Positions 46,395-57,000 of a stretch of 64,000 nucleotides of DNA are shown here, piece after piece. A model generated the notes under the pieces. It was not told the origin of the DNA, did no database searches, and saw only the letters and a program-made list of their open reading frames with translations. The position numbers were made by a program, and so were the translations under genes. Origin of the DNA: Gemmatimonadota bacterium (lineage in GTDB: Bacteria > Gemmatimonadota > Gemmatimonadetes > Gemmatimonadales > GWC2-71-9). Every line of letters begins with the position of its first letter. Positions within the stretch are counted from its first letter, which is position 1. The stretch lies in the NCBI GenBank assembly GCA_025358055.1, contig JANYKV010000090.1, positions 1,075 to 65,074 on the forward strand, written 5' to 3'.

Positions 46395-47204
46395 CTAACG
46401 AACCTCGAAGGTCAGCGTGGTCCAATTCGATTCATAGTCGATCCCCTGGGTGCGGGATGGGACCATGTCGATGAATTTTACATACCAACGGCCGCTGGCC
46501 CCGAGTTTGAATGTCGCAACGCCATTCTGGTCGGACACTGTGGCTTGCTCGGGAATCGCGGCGCCATCGGGATGGAGTCCGCCCGCGAGTACATCAAGCC
46601 CCGCCCTGAGTTGTCCTCGCACCCAGCATTGCACTCGCAAAGTGGCGCCGGGGCGGAGGTCGTAGGGGTTATCCAACGGGACCAGTTCGACGGGATAGCC
46701 GAGTTTGGCGGCAAACTGCCCGGAGCGCGCCTCGCCGACCTGCAAAATCGCTTTGACGTGCTTCGCGTAGCGCTCGCGCGCCGGCTTGGCGAGGGCCTTT
46801 TCGCGTTCCCGGGCCGCCAGGACCGACGTAATTTTTTCCTCGCGCAAGTACTCGTTGAACTTCTTCCCATCGAGGGAGATTTCGCTCGCCTTCGTGGCGA
46901 AGCCGACAACGTAGGTCCCCGCCGACCCCACCTGGATCTTCAAGACTGTCTCCTTGCCCCGAGCGCTGACTGCGGTCGTGTCCTGGGCCCGTTTCCCCGC
47001 CGGTCCGACCACGTCCAGATGGGCCACACGATTGCGCTCGATGGCGTTCTCACTCTTGGTGAATTCGCCATTCCGCACGATCAGTTCGACGGTTGCATTG
47101 GGCGACACAAAGAAATGATCTAGAAGCAAGAAGAGGTCATGGGCGAATACCGGGCCGGCGACGAGGGCCAGCAGGACCAGAGCGAGTAGGACGCGACGCT
47201 TCAT
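46395..47204 (-). CDS. DUF4198 domain protein (NikM-like periplasmic metal-uptake component family)
   Basis: Signal peptide followed by AHDLFLLLD. Beta-sandwich-like sequence of 269 aa. Confidence 0.7.
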   Translation of the reverse strand: MKRRVLLALVLLALVAGPVFAHDLFLLLDHFFVSPNATVELIVRNGEFTKSENAIERNRVAHLDVVGPAGKRAQDTTAVSARGKETVLKIQVGSAGTYVVGFATKASEISLDGKKFNEYLREEKITSVLAAREREKALAKPARERYAKHVKAILQVGEARSGQFAAKLGYPVELVPLDNPYDLRPGATLRVQCWVRGQLRAGLDVLAGGLHPDGAAIPEQATVSDQNGVATFKLGASGRWYVKFIDMVPSRTQGIDYESNWTTLTFEVR

Positions 47205-47350
47205 AAAGAAACCTTGGGGAATGTCGGTGGAGTGTACCGCAACGCGCTCATCAGATCCAGTTCCCCCTCCTCCCGGTGCAACGAACCATTGTTACTATTC
47301 ATAGGATTCTGTGCTCCCCAGGCTCCGCCAACCGCAGTAGGGAATACCGT

Positions 47351-48811
47351 ATGCCGCGCCTCCATCGACTGATACCGGTCCTCGTCTTCATGGGTCTTAC
47401 CGGCTGCGAACGTTCCGCACCTCCGGTCGAGGCGGCGTTCGTCGCCCAATGGATGGCCAAACAATATGCCCTCACCCGAGCCGAACGGCTGAATCCCCCC
47501 GTAGCGTCTCGGTTTTCGGCGTACTCCGCGATTGCCCTCTATGAAGGCGTGGCGGCCGGCTCGACGACATTACGCACTCTTGCGGGCCAACTGAATGGAC
47601 TCAACGCGCTCCCAGCACCGGCGCCGGGGGAAAAGTACGATTGGCAAGTGGTCGCGCTGGCCTCGGAGCGGACCGTGCTCAAGGATTTGCTCAAAGAAGG
47701 ATTTGCATCGACCAAGGTCGCCATCAATCAACTGGCCGATTCCCAACTCACGGCGCGGAGTGCTCTCATCAGTGAGTCGATGAAAGCCCGGTCCCTCGCG
47801 TACGGTGAGCAATTGGGGCAGGCCATTCTCGCCTGGGCCGGCACGGATGGGTTCACCGGCACTCGAAAGCTGGCCTACGCCATTCCTAAGGGTGCGGGTC
47901 TCTGGGTTCCGACGGCAGTCGAGACGCAACATCGGTCGCAGAGCATGTCCGCGCAAACGGACTTTGTGGGCGACGATGACCCGAAAGGCAAGCTCAAACC
48001 AGGGACGGCCACGGAGCGGAGTCTGGCCGTGAACCGGCCCAAGCCCGCGGACATTCAGACCATCACCGGGATCGACCCGTACGGCGCTTTGGAACCCTAC
48101 TGGGACCGGCTCCGCCCCTTCGTGCTGACCTCGTTGGATTCGTGCGCCCCCATTGCTCCCGTGCCCTACAGCGAAGATCGGAATTCGGATTTCTTCCGGC
48201 AGGCGAAGGCAGTCTTGGACTCGAGCAAAGCACTTACGCCGGAGCAGAAAGAAATCGCCTACTTCTGGGCCGACGATCCCGGGGCGACCGGAACCCCGGT
48301 GGGTCATTGGCTCGGCGTCGTCAGTTCGGTCGTGCCGCAACGCAAGTTGGATGCGGATCAGACTGCCGAAGCGTTTGCCCTCGCATCGATCGCCATGGCG
48401 GACGGGTTCATCTCCTGCTGGCATTGGAAGTACAGGTACAACCTGGTCCGACCCATCACTTATGTCCAAAAGTTCATGGACAAGAACTGGCAGACGCTCT
48501 TATATACCCCGCCTTTCCCCGAGTACACCTCCGGCCATTCAGTGCAGTCCGCGTCCGCCGCCGAAGTGCTGACTAAGCTGCTGGGCGAGGTCGCGTTCGA
48601 GGACCGCACGCACATCAACCTGGGCCATCCGCCTCGGCACTTCGCCTCATTTCGTGCGGCGTCGGAAGAAGCCGCTGTGTCTCGGATTTACGGCGGGATT
48701 CACTACCCCATGGCGATCGTGAACGGCGTGGCCCAAGGCCGGTGCATTGGCAAACAGGTGCTGGCGCGCGTGAAAACCCGACGAGAGAGTAGTCGGGTGA
48801 GTGGGTCGTGA
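47351..48811 (+). CDS. PAP2-superfamily / vanadium-haloperoxidase-like lipoprotein
   Basis: ORF trimmed to ATG 47351 (lipobox FMGLTGC). C-terminal PEYTSGHSVQSAS and SRIYGGIHYPMA (acid-phosphatase/haloperoxidase motifs). Confidence 0.75.
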   Translation: MPRLHRLIPVLVFMGLTGCERSAPPVEAAFVAQWMAKQYALTRAERLNPPVASRFSAYSAIALYEGVAAGSTTLRTLAGQLNGLNALPAPAPGEKYDWQVVALASERTVLKDLLKEGFASTKVAINQLADSQLTARSALISESMKARSLAYGEQLGQAILAWAGTDGFTGTRKLAYAIPKGAGLWVPTAVETQHRSQSMSAQTDFVGDDDPKGKLKPGTATERSLAVNRPKPADIQTITGIDPYGALEPYWDRLRPFVLTSLDSCAPIAPVPYSEDRNSDFFRQAKAVLDSSKALTPEQKEIAYFWADDPGATGTPVGHWLGVVSSVVPQRKLDADQTAEAFALASIAMADGFISCWHWKYRYNLVRPITYVQKFMDKNWQTLLYTPPFPEYTSGHSVQSASAAEVLTKLLGEVAFEDRTHINLGHPPRHFASFRAASEEAAVSRIYGGIHYPMAIVNGVAQGRCIGKQVLARVKTRRESSRVSGS

Positions 48812-51800
48812 TGAGGCCTCTCCTTCGTTTCACGCTCGTGGCTCTAGTTCTCTTGGTGAGTTGCGGCCCGGAGCCGGTGCCGCCATGGCACATCGGTCAA
48901 GGCTATCGATGGCGTGAATTGAAGGTGCCGAGTCGGGGGGAGGATGGCTTTACCGAGCTGGCCGCGTCAGAAACCGGAATCGTTTCCCCGAACGACCTGG
49001 ACTCCGCGAAAGCCTACGCCAATCGGCATTTGATGCAGGGTTCCGGTGTCGCCCTTGGCGATGTCGACGGAGATGGGCTCGTCGATATCTATCTCAGCCG
49101 AATCGATGGGCCCAACGCCCTCTACAAAAACCTGGGTGGGTGGAAGTTCAAGGACATTACCAAAGAGGCGGGAGTCGCCCTGGGCGACCGTCCCTCGACT
49201 GGGGCGGTTCTGGTGGACGTCGATGGGGACGGAGATCTCGATCTCATCGTGACCTCCATGGGAGGCAAGAACACGCTCTTTCTGAATGACGGGCACGGCA
49301 AATTCACCGATGCCACCGCGCAATCGGGCTTTGTCGACGAAGCGCGCGGGAGTACAACCGTCACTCTGGCGGACGTAGACGGCAACGGCACACTGGACCT
49401 CTTCATCGCCAACTACAAGAAAATCAACGCGATCGATCTGTATCCGCCGCAGCAGCGCGCCTTCGATCAGGTGGTGAAGCAAGTCGGGAACGACTTCCAG
49501 GTCGTACCCGCGATGAAAGATGATTACAAAGTCATCATTCGGAACGATCTCCACGGCGTCAGCATGGTTCAGCGGGCCGATCCCGATTGGTTTTATCTCA
49601 ATGATGGGAAGGGTCATTTCACTCGCGTGCCGCTGGCCTCGCCCCGTTTTCGGGATGAACAGGGACGCCCGCTCGCCGAGGAACCGGAATACTTTGGTTT
49701 GGTCGCCAAGTTTTATGACGTCAACGGTGATGGCGCGCCAGACCTCTACATTGCCAACGACTTCGAAGATCCCGATCAATTTTTCATCAACGATGGGAAA
49801 GGCAACTTTCAGTTGATTCCGCGTTTGGCTCAGCGCACCACCAGTAACTCCGGGATGGCGCTCGATTTTTCCGACATCAACCGCGACGGGTTCGTCGACT
49901 TCTTCGAAGTCGACATGTTGGGCCGGAACTCCCATGAGATCAAGACGCAAATTCCTACCCACACTCCTTTGCAGAAGCCGATCGGTGACTTCACCGACCG
50001 GCCGCAATGGCAACGGAACACGCTCCAACTCAACCGCGGCGACAACACCTTCGCGCAAATCGCGGAAATGGCCGGAGTAACAGCCTCGGGTTGGTCGTGG
50101 GGCACGCTGTTTATGGATGTGGACCTCGACGGCTATGAGGATCTGCTGATCGCCGCGGGACACACGTGGGACCTGATGGATGCCGACACCTGGGAGAAAA
50201 TTCGAAACTCGGTGACTGGAGTGGATTGGCATCACGAACGGTCGCTGTACCCCAAGCTGGCGCTCCCGAATGTCGCGTTTCGGAACAAGGGTGATCTCAC
50301 GTTCGAAGACAAGAGCGTAGCGTGGGGCTTCGGAAGCCACCCGGCGGTCTCTCACGGTATCGCGGTGGCGGATCTTGATGGCGATGGCGACCTTGATGTC
50401 GTCGTGAACCGGCTGGGGTCGCCGGCCGGCGTCTACCGCAACAACACTACCAAGCCGCGACTCGCTGTCCGGCTCCATGGCCGGGCTCCGAACACGGAAG
50501 CGGTGGGGGCCAACATTACCGTGCGCGGTGGTCCGGTCCCGATGCAGCAGAAACAAGTGACGGTCGGGGGCGCCTATCTCTCCAGCTCCGATCCGGAATA
50601 CACCTTCGCCGCGACGGCGGGCAAGGAACTCACCATCGAAGTCCGGTGGCGGAATGGCGGGGTCACCACGATTCCCAATGTCAAAGCGAACCGGCTGTAC
50701 GAAATCGACGAGCCGGCTAACGCGACTCCAGCGGTGGCGGTCCCAAGTAAGCCGGAAGTGCCGTTGTTTACCGATGTGTCGGTGCTTCTGGATCATCGCC
50801 ACGTTGAGGACTTTTTCGATGATTTCCAGCGGCAGCAGTTGCTCCCGATCAAGTTGAGCCAACTCGGGCCTGGGGTGACGTGGTACGATGTCGACGGTGA
50901 CGGTTGGGAAGATCTGTTGATTCCATCCGGAGCCGGCGGGTCCTTGGCGTATTACCGGAACGAGAAGGGGCGTTTCAGGAAAGTCAGTCTCGGACTCCCG
51001 GTTGCTCCGTTCGATGGTACCTCCGTGTTGGCCGTACCCGGGGCGGCGGGTGGGACGACGCTACTCATGGGCCAATCGAGCTATGAGGCAAAAAGCCCGG
51101 CCGAGGCACTCGGCATTCCTGGTGTGGTGGGCCTATCGGTTGGAACCAACGGCAAGGCGGGCGGGACCTTTTCAGTAGCACATCCTGATACCACGAGTGT
51201 CGGCCCTCTGGCCATCGGAGACTATGACGGTGATGGCACATTGGATCTTTTTGTTGGCGGCCGGGTAGCCCCCGGGGTGTACCCCATTGCAGGAAATTCG
51301 CGGCTCTTCAAGAATCAGGCTGGAACAATGGTGCTCGATGTCGAAAACACCGCGCTATTGAGGGGGGTGGGGCTGGTTTCGGCCGCGGTGTTTTCCGACC
51401 TCAATGGCGACGGATGGCCGGATCTCCTGATCGCCACGGAATGGGGCCCCATTAAAGTGTTCCAGAATGATCACGGGCATTTCCGTGACGTGACCACGGC
51501 GCTCGGTCTGGACCAGTATACCGGTCGCTGGAATGGCATTACCACCGGCGACATCGATGGGGATGGCCGCCTGGATATCATTGCCACGAATTGGGGTAGA
51601 AATACGCGGGACCGGGCCTGGGAAGGGCATCCGCTCTGGCTCTACTTCGGGAACCTCGATCACGGAAACTCTCTGAGCGTCATCGAGGCCCAGCTCGATG
51701 ACCGCATCAAGGCCATCGCGCCGATTACCACATTGAGCAAGCTCCAAGCCGCGTCTCGCGAGACGCGAACGCGCGTCCCGACCTTTGCTGATTTTGCGGA

Positions 51801-52497
51801 CGCCTCAATCGAACGCGTGGTCGGGCCGCAGATTGCTTCCATGCGCCGGGTCGCTGCCGCGACTCTCGACCATATGGTCTTTCTCAATCGGGAAGACCAT
51901 TTCGAGGCGCGACCGCTCCCCGTCGAGACCCAGCTGGCCCCAGCCTTCTATGCCGGTGTGGCCGACTTCAACGGAGATGGGGCGGAAGACCTGGTCCTGA
52001 GCCAGAATTTTTTTCCGACGGAAATCAACACCCCCCGATACGACGCCGGGCGAGGGCTTTTGCTGATGGGGGATGGAAAAGGCGGGCTCATTCCATGGTC
52101 GGGGCAGCGGTCCGGCATTCTGGTATATGGCGATCAGCGCGGAGCGGCGTTTGCCGACTACGATCACGATGGGCGGATCGACCTCGTGGTATCGCAAAAC
52201 GGTGCCGAGACGAAAATGCTTCACAACCAAGGAGCCACGCCTGGCCTCCGAGTGCGCGTCAACGGGGGGGCCCAAAACCCGTACGGTATTGGGGCGACGA
52301 TCCGGCTCAAGTACCGAGACCGCCTCGGCCCGGCCCGCGAGGTGCACGGTGGCTCAGGCTATTGGTCTCAGGATGGCCTGGTTCAGGTCATGGGTATGGC
52401 AAGCGAGGTAGTGGGGGTGTGGGTGCGGTGGCCCGGCGGAAAGGTGACTGAAACGCCGGTGAAACCGGGGGTCCGGGAGGTGGTGGTAAGGCAGTGA
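48808..52497 (+). CDS. FG-GAP/VCBS repeat lipoprotein with C-terminal ASPIC/UnbV domain (CRTAC1-like)
   Basis: Lipobox LLVSCG. At least 11 DxDGDG-type repeats (DVDGDGLVD, DVDGDGDLD, DVDGNGTLD, DLDGDGDLD, DIDGDGRLD...). C-terminal GGSGYWSQD. GTG 48808 or ATG 48811 overlaps the upstream stop (TGATG). Confidence 0.88.
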   Translation: MMRPLLRFTLVALVLLVSCGPEPVPPWHIGQGYRWRELKVPSRGEDGFTELAASETGIVSPNDLDSAKAYANRHLMQGSGVALGDVDGDGLVDIYLSRIDGPNALYKNLGGWKFKDITKEAGVALGDRPSTGAVLVDVDGDGDLDLIVTSMGGKNTLFLNDGHGKFTDATAQSGFVDEARGSTTVTLADVDGNGTLDLFIANYKKINAIDLYPPQQRAFDQVVKQVGNDFQVVPAMKDDYKVIIRNDLHGVSMVQRADPDWFYLNDGKGHFTRVPLASPRFRDEQGRPLAEEPEYFGLVAKFYDVNGDGAPDLYIANDFEDPDQFFINDGKGNFQLIPRLAQRTTSNSGMALDFSDINRDGFVDFFEVDMLGRNSHEIKTQIPTHTPLQKPIGDFTDRPQWQRNTLQLNRGDNTFAQIAEMAGVTASGWSWGTLFMDVDLDGYEDLLIAAGHTWDLMDADTWEKIRNSVTGVDWHHERSLYPKLALPNVAFRNKGDLTFEDKSVAWGFGSHPAVSHGIAVADLDGDGDLDVVVNRLGSPAGVYRNNTTKPRLAVRLHGRAPNTEAVGANITVRGGPVPMQQKQVTVGGAYLSSSDPEYTFAATAGKELTIEVRWRNGGVTTIPNVKANRLYEIDEPANATPAVAVPSKPEVPLFTDVSVLLDHRHVEDFFDDFQRQQLLPIKLSQLGPGVTWYDVDGDGWEDLLIPSGAGGSLAYYRNEKGRFRKVSLGLPVAPFDGTSVLAVPGAAGGTTLLMGQSSYEAKSPAEALGIPGVVGLSVGTNGKAGGTFSVAHPDTTSVGPLAIGDYDGDGTLDLFVGGRVAPGVYPIAGNSRLFKNQAGTMVLDVENTALLRGVGLVSAAVFSDLNGDGWPDLLIATEWGPIKVFQNDHGHFRDVTTALGLDQYTGRWNGITTGDIDGDGRLDIIATNWGRNTRDRAWEGHPLWLYFGNLDHGNSLSVIEAQLDDRIKAIAPITTLSKLQAASRETRTRVPTFADFADASIERVVGPQIASMRRVAAATLDHMVFLNREDHFEARPLPVETQLAPAFYAGVADFNGDGAEDLVLSQNFFPTEINTPRYDAGRGLLLMGDGKGGLIPWSGQRSGILVYGDQRGAAFADYDHDGRIDLVVSQNGAETKMLHNQGATPGLRVRVNGGAQNPYGIGATIRLKYRDRLGPAREVHGGSGYWSQDGLVQVMGMASEVVGVWVRWPGGKVTETPVKPGVREVVVRQ

Positions 52498-52530
52498 GAT
52501 AGCCGGGAAAGGGAACCGGGAAGGGTAATG

Positions 52531-52586
52531 GACGGCAAACGAAAGACGGCAAATGCAGGACGGCAAATGCAGGACGCCAAGGGAAC
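52531..52586. repeat. 14-bp tandem repeat x4 (two perfect copies)
   Basis: The four units are gacggcaaacgaaa, gacggcaaatgcag, gacggcaaatgcag and gacgccaagggaac. They lie in the intergenic space between convergent genes. Confidence 0.85.
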
Positions 52587-52732
52587 AGTGAGAACCTGAG
52601 AATCAGGGTTGTTCGGGACCAGACCGAGATTGTCATTGTGAGCCGGCGAGCGGCGACGCAATCTGTCGGTTGGGCTTGTCTTGCCGTTTTCGCGTGCCGT
52701 CTGCCCTCCCACCTTCCCGCCGTTTTCCCTCC

Positions 52733-53488
52733 CTACGGTGCCGATTTCGTCCAAATCACTATGACGCCGCACTGCGAATTTGACCCTCCGAACTCGGCGG
52801 GCATCTCGCTGGCGCCCCGGTAGATCTCCATGCCCTGGATGTCTCTGATGGGCGTATTCTCGTGAAACGAGCCGACTTCCGTGCCGTCGACAATCCAAGT
52901 TGGGGAACAAAACGCCCCGGCCCGGCTGATATAGGGCTTGCACTCAATGGCGTCGCACTGCACGTGGATGCCCCGGACCTTTTCGAGGGCTGCGCCAACG
53001 TTCATATACCCGCGGCTTTCGATCTCATCGCGAGTGATGAAGGCCCCAGTCTTGGAGGCCCGGCGGCGCTCGAAATCCAAATAGCGCCCAAACTTCTTGG
53101 CCTTGCTCCCTTCCACCGTCAGTTCAGGGAGGCTCTGGCCGCTGAAGAGCAACGAGAATTCGTGTTCGTAGATTTGGCTGCCCGCCAGGGTAACCTGGAA
53201 TCGGGCGATGCCGTAGCCTGGCGCCGCGATTTCTAAGACGTGGGTGCCGGGCGGCAAATTGCCTAATACGAACCGGCCATTCCCGTCCGACCTGACCGTG
53301 TCCCGGCCATTCTGAAGGTAGATCCTGGCTTCGGAGATGGAGGTGCCGGCTCGCTGGTCGATCAGGGTCCCGATGATCCCGGCCGATTTGTTTCCGCCTT
53401 GGGCGAAGACGCTACCGACGAAAAACGCAGCAGTGAGCAAGGATGCGCCGCCTCTAGTGGCGAGGGCCGAGCGGCGGGAGAGGGGCAT
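52733..53488 (-). CDS. CarboxypepD_reg-like domain protein with TonB-receptor-plug-like C-terminus, no barrel
   Basis: ORF trimmed to ATG 53488. Signal peptide. GRFVLGNLPPGTHVLEIAAPGYG. C-terminal IRDIQGMEIYRGASE...GVIVIWTK. Confidence 0.6.
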   Translation of the reverse strand: MPLSRRSALATRGGASLLTAAFFVGSVFAQGGNKSAGIIGTLIDQRAGTSISEARIYLQNGRDTVRSDGNGRFVLGNLPPGTHVLEIAAPGYGIARFQVTLAGSQIYEHEFSLLFSGQSLPELTVEGSKAKKFGRYLDFERRRASKTGAFITRDEIESRGYMNVGAALEKVRGIHVQCDAIECKPYISRAGAFCSPTWIVDGTEVGSFHENTPIRDIQGMEIYRGASEMPAEFGGSNSQCGVIVIWTKSAP

Positions 53489-54096
53489 GGGCCCTCCGGG
53501 TGGAAAGGCCGGTTGAATATGGGAACAAGTACCGGTCACAGTTTAGCGGGTCTCTGAGGCTTTGGAAAGACTATGAGGAGGTGGCGGGCTTTGGGCGGGT
53601 TGCGTTTTTGTCATTCCGGCGCCAATTTCTTGGTGCCAAAACCGGGACATGTTTGAATACGATCAGGCGCCGTGGGAGCGAGTTAGCTCTCAGGTGGTTG
53701 GGGTCACATCGCGATAGCGGGGTGGCTGGACGTGTCCGATTGACCCGGCTGTGTCCAATCCGGCGTGTCGTTTTCACACGAAATCGTCGCAGTCGAATAT
53801 CTTATGTGATTACTTGACAATAAGTTATGCGGAATTGCCCCCGGGTATGTGGGTTGCAGTATTGTTGCGGTCGAACCCCTTAATAAGGCCCAGGCACTCG
53901 AACCCGTTTCGGGCCACTCAGTACAGCGCCAAGTCGAAATGCGTGGTTGAACGTTCCGTGCTCTCCTTAGCGATACAGGTTAGACGCACGAGCAGAGGAA
54001 AACGTTGCGCTCGAAGATCGTCGATCCGTTTCTCGTGATCGTTAGCCAAGACATCTGGTGCAGTTGCAGTGGTCCAATTCCTTCAAATGAGGACTC

Positions 54097-57000
54097 GTGA
54101 TGATGAGGCGTGAAATGCAGAGAGCGCTTGCCTTCGTCGGCGTGCTCACGGGCTTGTCGGTGCTTGGGGCCGGAGCGGCCCAAGCCCAGGCCGTGATCAC
54201 CGGCAAGGTGACTAGCGAGGCCGGGCAGCCGCTCGGCGGGGCGACGTTGAGTTTCAAAGAAATTCCGAACGGGGGCGTTACCGCGTCCAACGGGACCTAC
54301 TCCCTCACCATCGGGGCTGAGAAGGTGAAGGATCAGACCGTTACGATGACGGCCCGGTACTTGGGGTACGCGCCGGTGGTTCGGGTCATTACGCTCAAGA
54401 CTGGTTCGCAGGAGCAGAACTTCCAGTTGCGGTCCGATCCGCTCCATCTCGAGGACGTGGTCGTGACCGGCGTGTCTGAAGCGACCTCCTCCAAGAAGCT
54501 GGCGTTCGCCGTCGGCAGAGTGTCGGCGGAGCAACTGCAAGAGACCCCAGGCGTCACGGCGCTGGGCGCCTTGGCGGGCAAAGTGGCCGGCGTTCGCGTC
54601 ATCTCAGGCAATGGTGAGCCCGGGTCGGCGCCCTCAATCAAGCTTCGGTCTGCCACCAGCATCCAGGGTTCCCAGGACCCACTCATCATTATCGATGGGA
54701 CCCTTTCCGTCGCCACCTTGGCCGACATTGCATCCGAGGATATTGAGCGGGTCGAAGTGGTCAAGGGCGCTGCGGCCTCCTCACTCTATGGCTCGAGCGG
54801 GGCGAATGGCGTCATCCAGATTTTCACCAAGCGTGGTGCGAGCCTGGCCGATGGCAAGCTTCTGATCACGGCCCGCAATGAGTTCGGGTCCTCGTGGCTC
54901 AGCGCTCGGATTCCGGCCTCCCAAGCGCATGCGTTTCAGATCGATGCCTCGGGGAACTACATTCGTTCCGGCGGCGCCCCCTCTGGTTCCCGGCTCGCGG
55001 ATTCAAGCGACGTCGCGCGCAACCCCTACAAGGTCTACCACGATCACCAGGCCGAGGCTATCAAGCCGGGTGTTTTCTACACGAATTACGTTTCGGTCGG
55101 TCAGCGCAAAGGCAACACGAATTTCAACGCCTCCTTCCAGAACACGCGGACCGAAGGCGTGGTTTTCAATCTGAAGGGCTATGGCCGTCAGAACCTCCGG
55201 TTGAACGTGGACAACCAACTCACGCCGAAGCTTGATCTCTCGGTGAGCTCGTTCTACGGCGTTTCCGATAACAATCAGGCAACGCAGGGTCCAGGTGCAC
55301 CTTTCTTCGGCCTCACCTTCCTGGAGCCGGATACCGATATCTTCGCCCAGTGCCCCGGCGGCAAGCCGGGCTGCAGCTTCAAGGTGGGGAACCCGGACGG
55401 TTCGCCGTACCGGGCCTTCATTCCCGACCGGATTTCCAACGCGACCAATCCGCTCTATGAGCTGTACAACCGGAAGGTCAACACGGATCGGAACCGGTTC
55501 ACAGGGTCGGGCAAGTTGCGTTGGCGGATTGCCGATTGGCTCACAGCCGAAGGCAATTACAACTACGACCACGAAGGGTGGAATTACGCGGACCTTCTTC
55601 CGTTCGGATTCCTGGGCGCCACCGGTACCGCGGGGCAGGGCCACCTCAACGAGCAAAGTTTCGCCGGCCGGACCTACAACACCGGCGCGACCCTGACCTC
55701 GATCCAGAATTTCTGGGGCAGCGTCACGAATACCACCAAGGTCAGCTACATCTATGAAGATCAGGAATCGCATCTCCTGACCACGAATGCCAGCAAGCTG
55801 GTGGTTCAGGGCATTCCGGAGTATCCAGCGGCGGATGGTTCGACCCTCGCCACCAACTCGCAGAAGATCGCGATCCGGAACCGGAATGTGTTTGCGGTCA
55901 CGACGTTCGACATCAAGGACCGCTACATCCTCGACGGGCTGGTCCGTCAGGACGAATCCTCGCTGTTCGGTCCCGATGCACGGAAGGCCAAATATTTCCG
56001 CGTCTCGGGTGCGTGGCGGTTGAACGAAGATCTTCATATCAAGGGGATCGATGAGTGGCGGATCCGCGGGTCCTGGGGCACCGCGGGACTCCGGCCGGGC
56101 TTCGACTATCAGTACGAAACTCTCCAGGCGGGCGGCGGGTCTTTCACGAAGCTGTTCCTGGGGAACAAGAACCTCAAGCCGGCGCACTCGGACGAGAAGG
56201 AAATCGGTACCAACATCGAGTTCGGGCACGGGCGATTCACGCTCGAGTATACCTACTCGAAGAAGACCACCAAGGATCAGCTGTTGCAGGTCGATCAGCC
56301 GGCCGTCTCGGGCTTCACCAGCCAGTGGCAGAATGTCGGCGCGCTCGAAGGCAGCACCCACGAGGTCGCGCTCGGCATGCAGGTCCTGAACACCAAGGAT
56401 CTCGCGTGGACCATCAACATCACCGGCGACCGCACTCGTCAACAAATCACGGACTGGAATATTGCCAAGCGCTTGGTCAGCGTGCAGGGGCAGGCCCAGG
56501 CGTTCTACCTCGGACCCAATGTCCCATTGGGCGTCCTCTATGGCAACCGGATCGTGCGCACGATCGACGAGCTGTACGATGATCCAGCGAAGAAGGCGCA
56601 GTCCGGCTCCGGTCAGGCGTGGAACCGTGACAGCGTCATCGTGAACGAAGAAGGCTACGTCGTGCGGAAGAGCGCGTACCACCGGCGCGGCGTTGGGGTG
56701 AGTAACATCGAGCGGCCGTTGCTCTACGTTGATGCCACCGGCAACAACATCGTGCGGATTGGCGATGCGAACCCGGATTTCAACGCCAGCTTCTCGACCA
56801 ACTTCACCTGGAAGCGGTTCTCCGCCACCGGTTTGGTGGACTGGAGCCAGGGCGGGAACATCTATAACGGCACTCGGCAGTGGCCCTTCTTCGATAACCG
56901 CGACATCATTTACGATCAGCGCGGGAAGCCGGATGCGGCACAGAAGAGCCAGACGTACTACAACACGCTGTACAACGGCCTCAACTCCATCGACTTCTTC

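Noticed and set aside
52531-52586. Short direct repeats considered as a possible degenerate CRISPR array.
   Set aside because: The units are 14 nt and directly abutting with no spacers. There are only four copies and no cas genes anywhere in the window.
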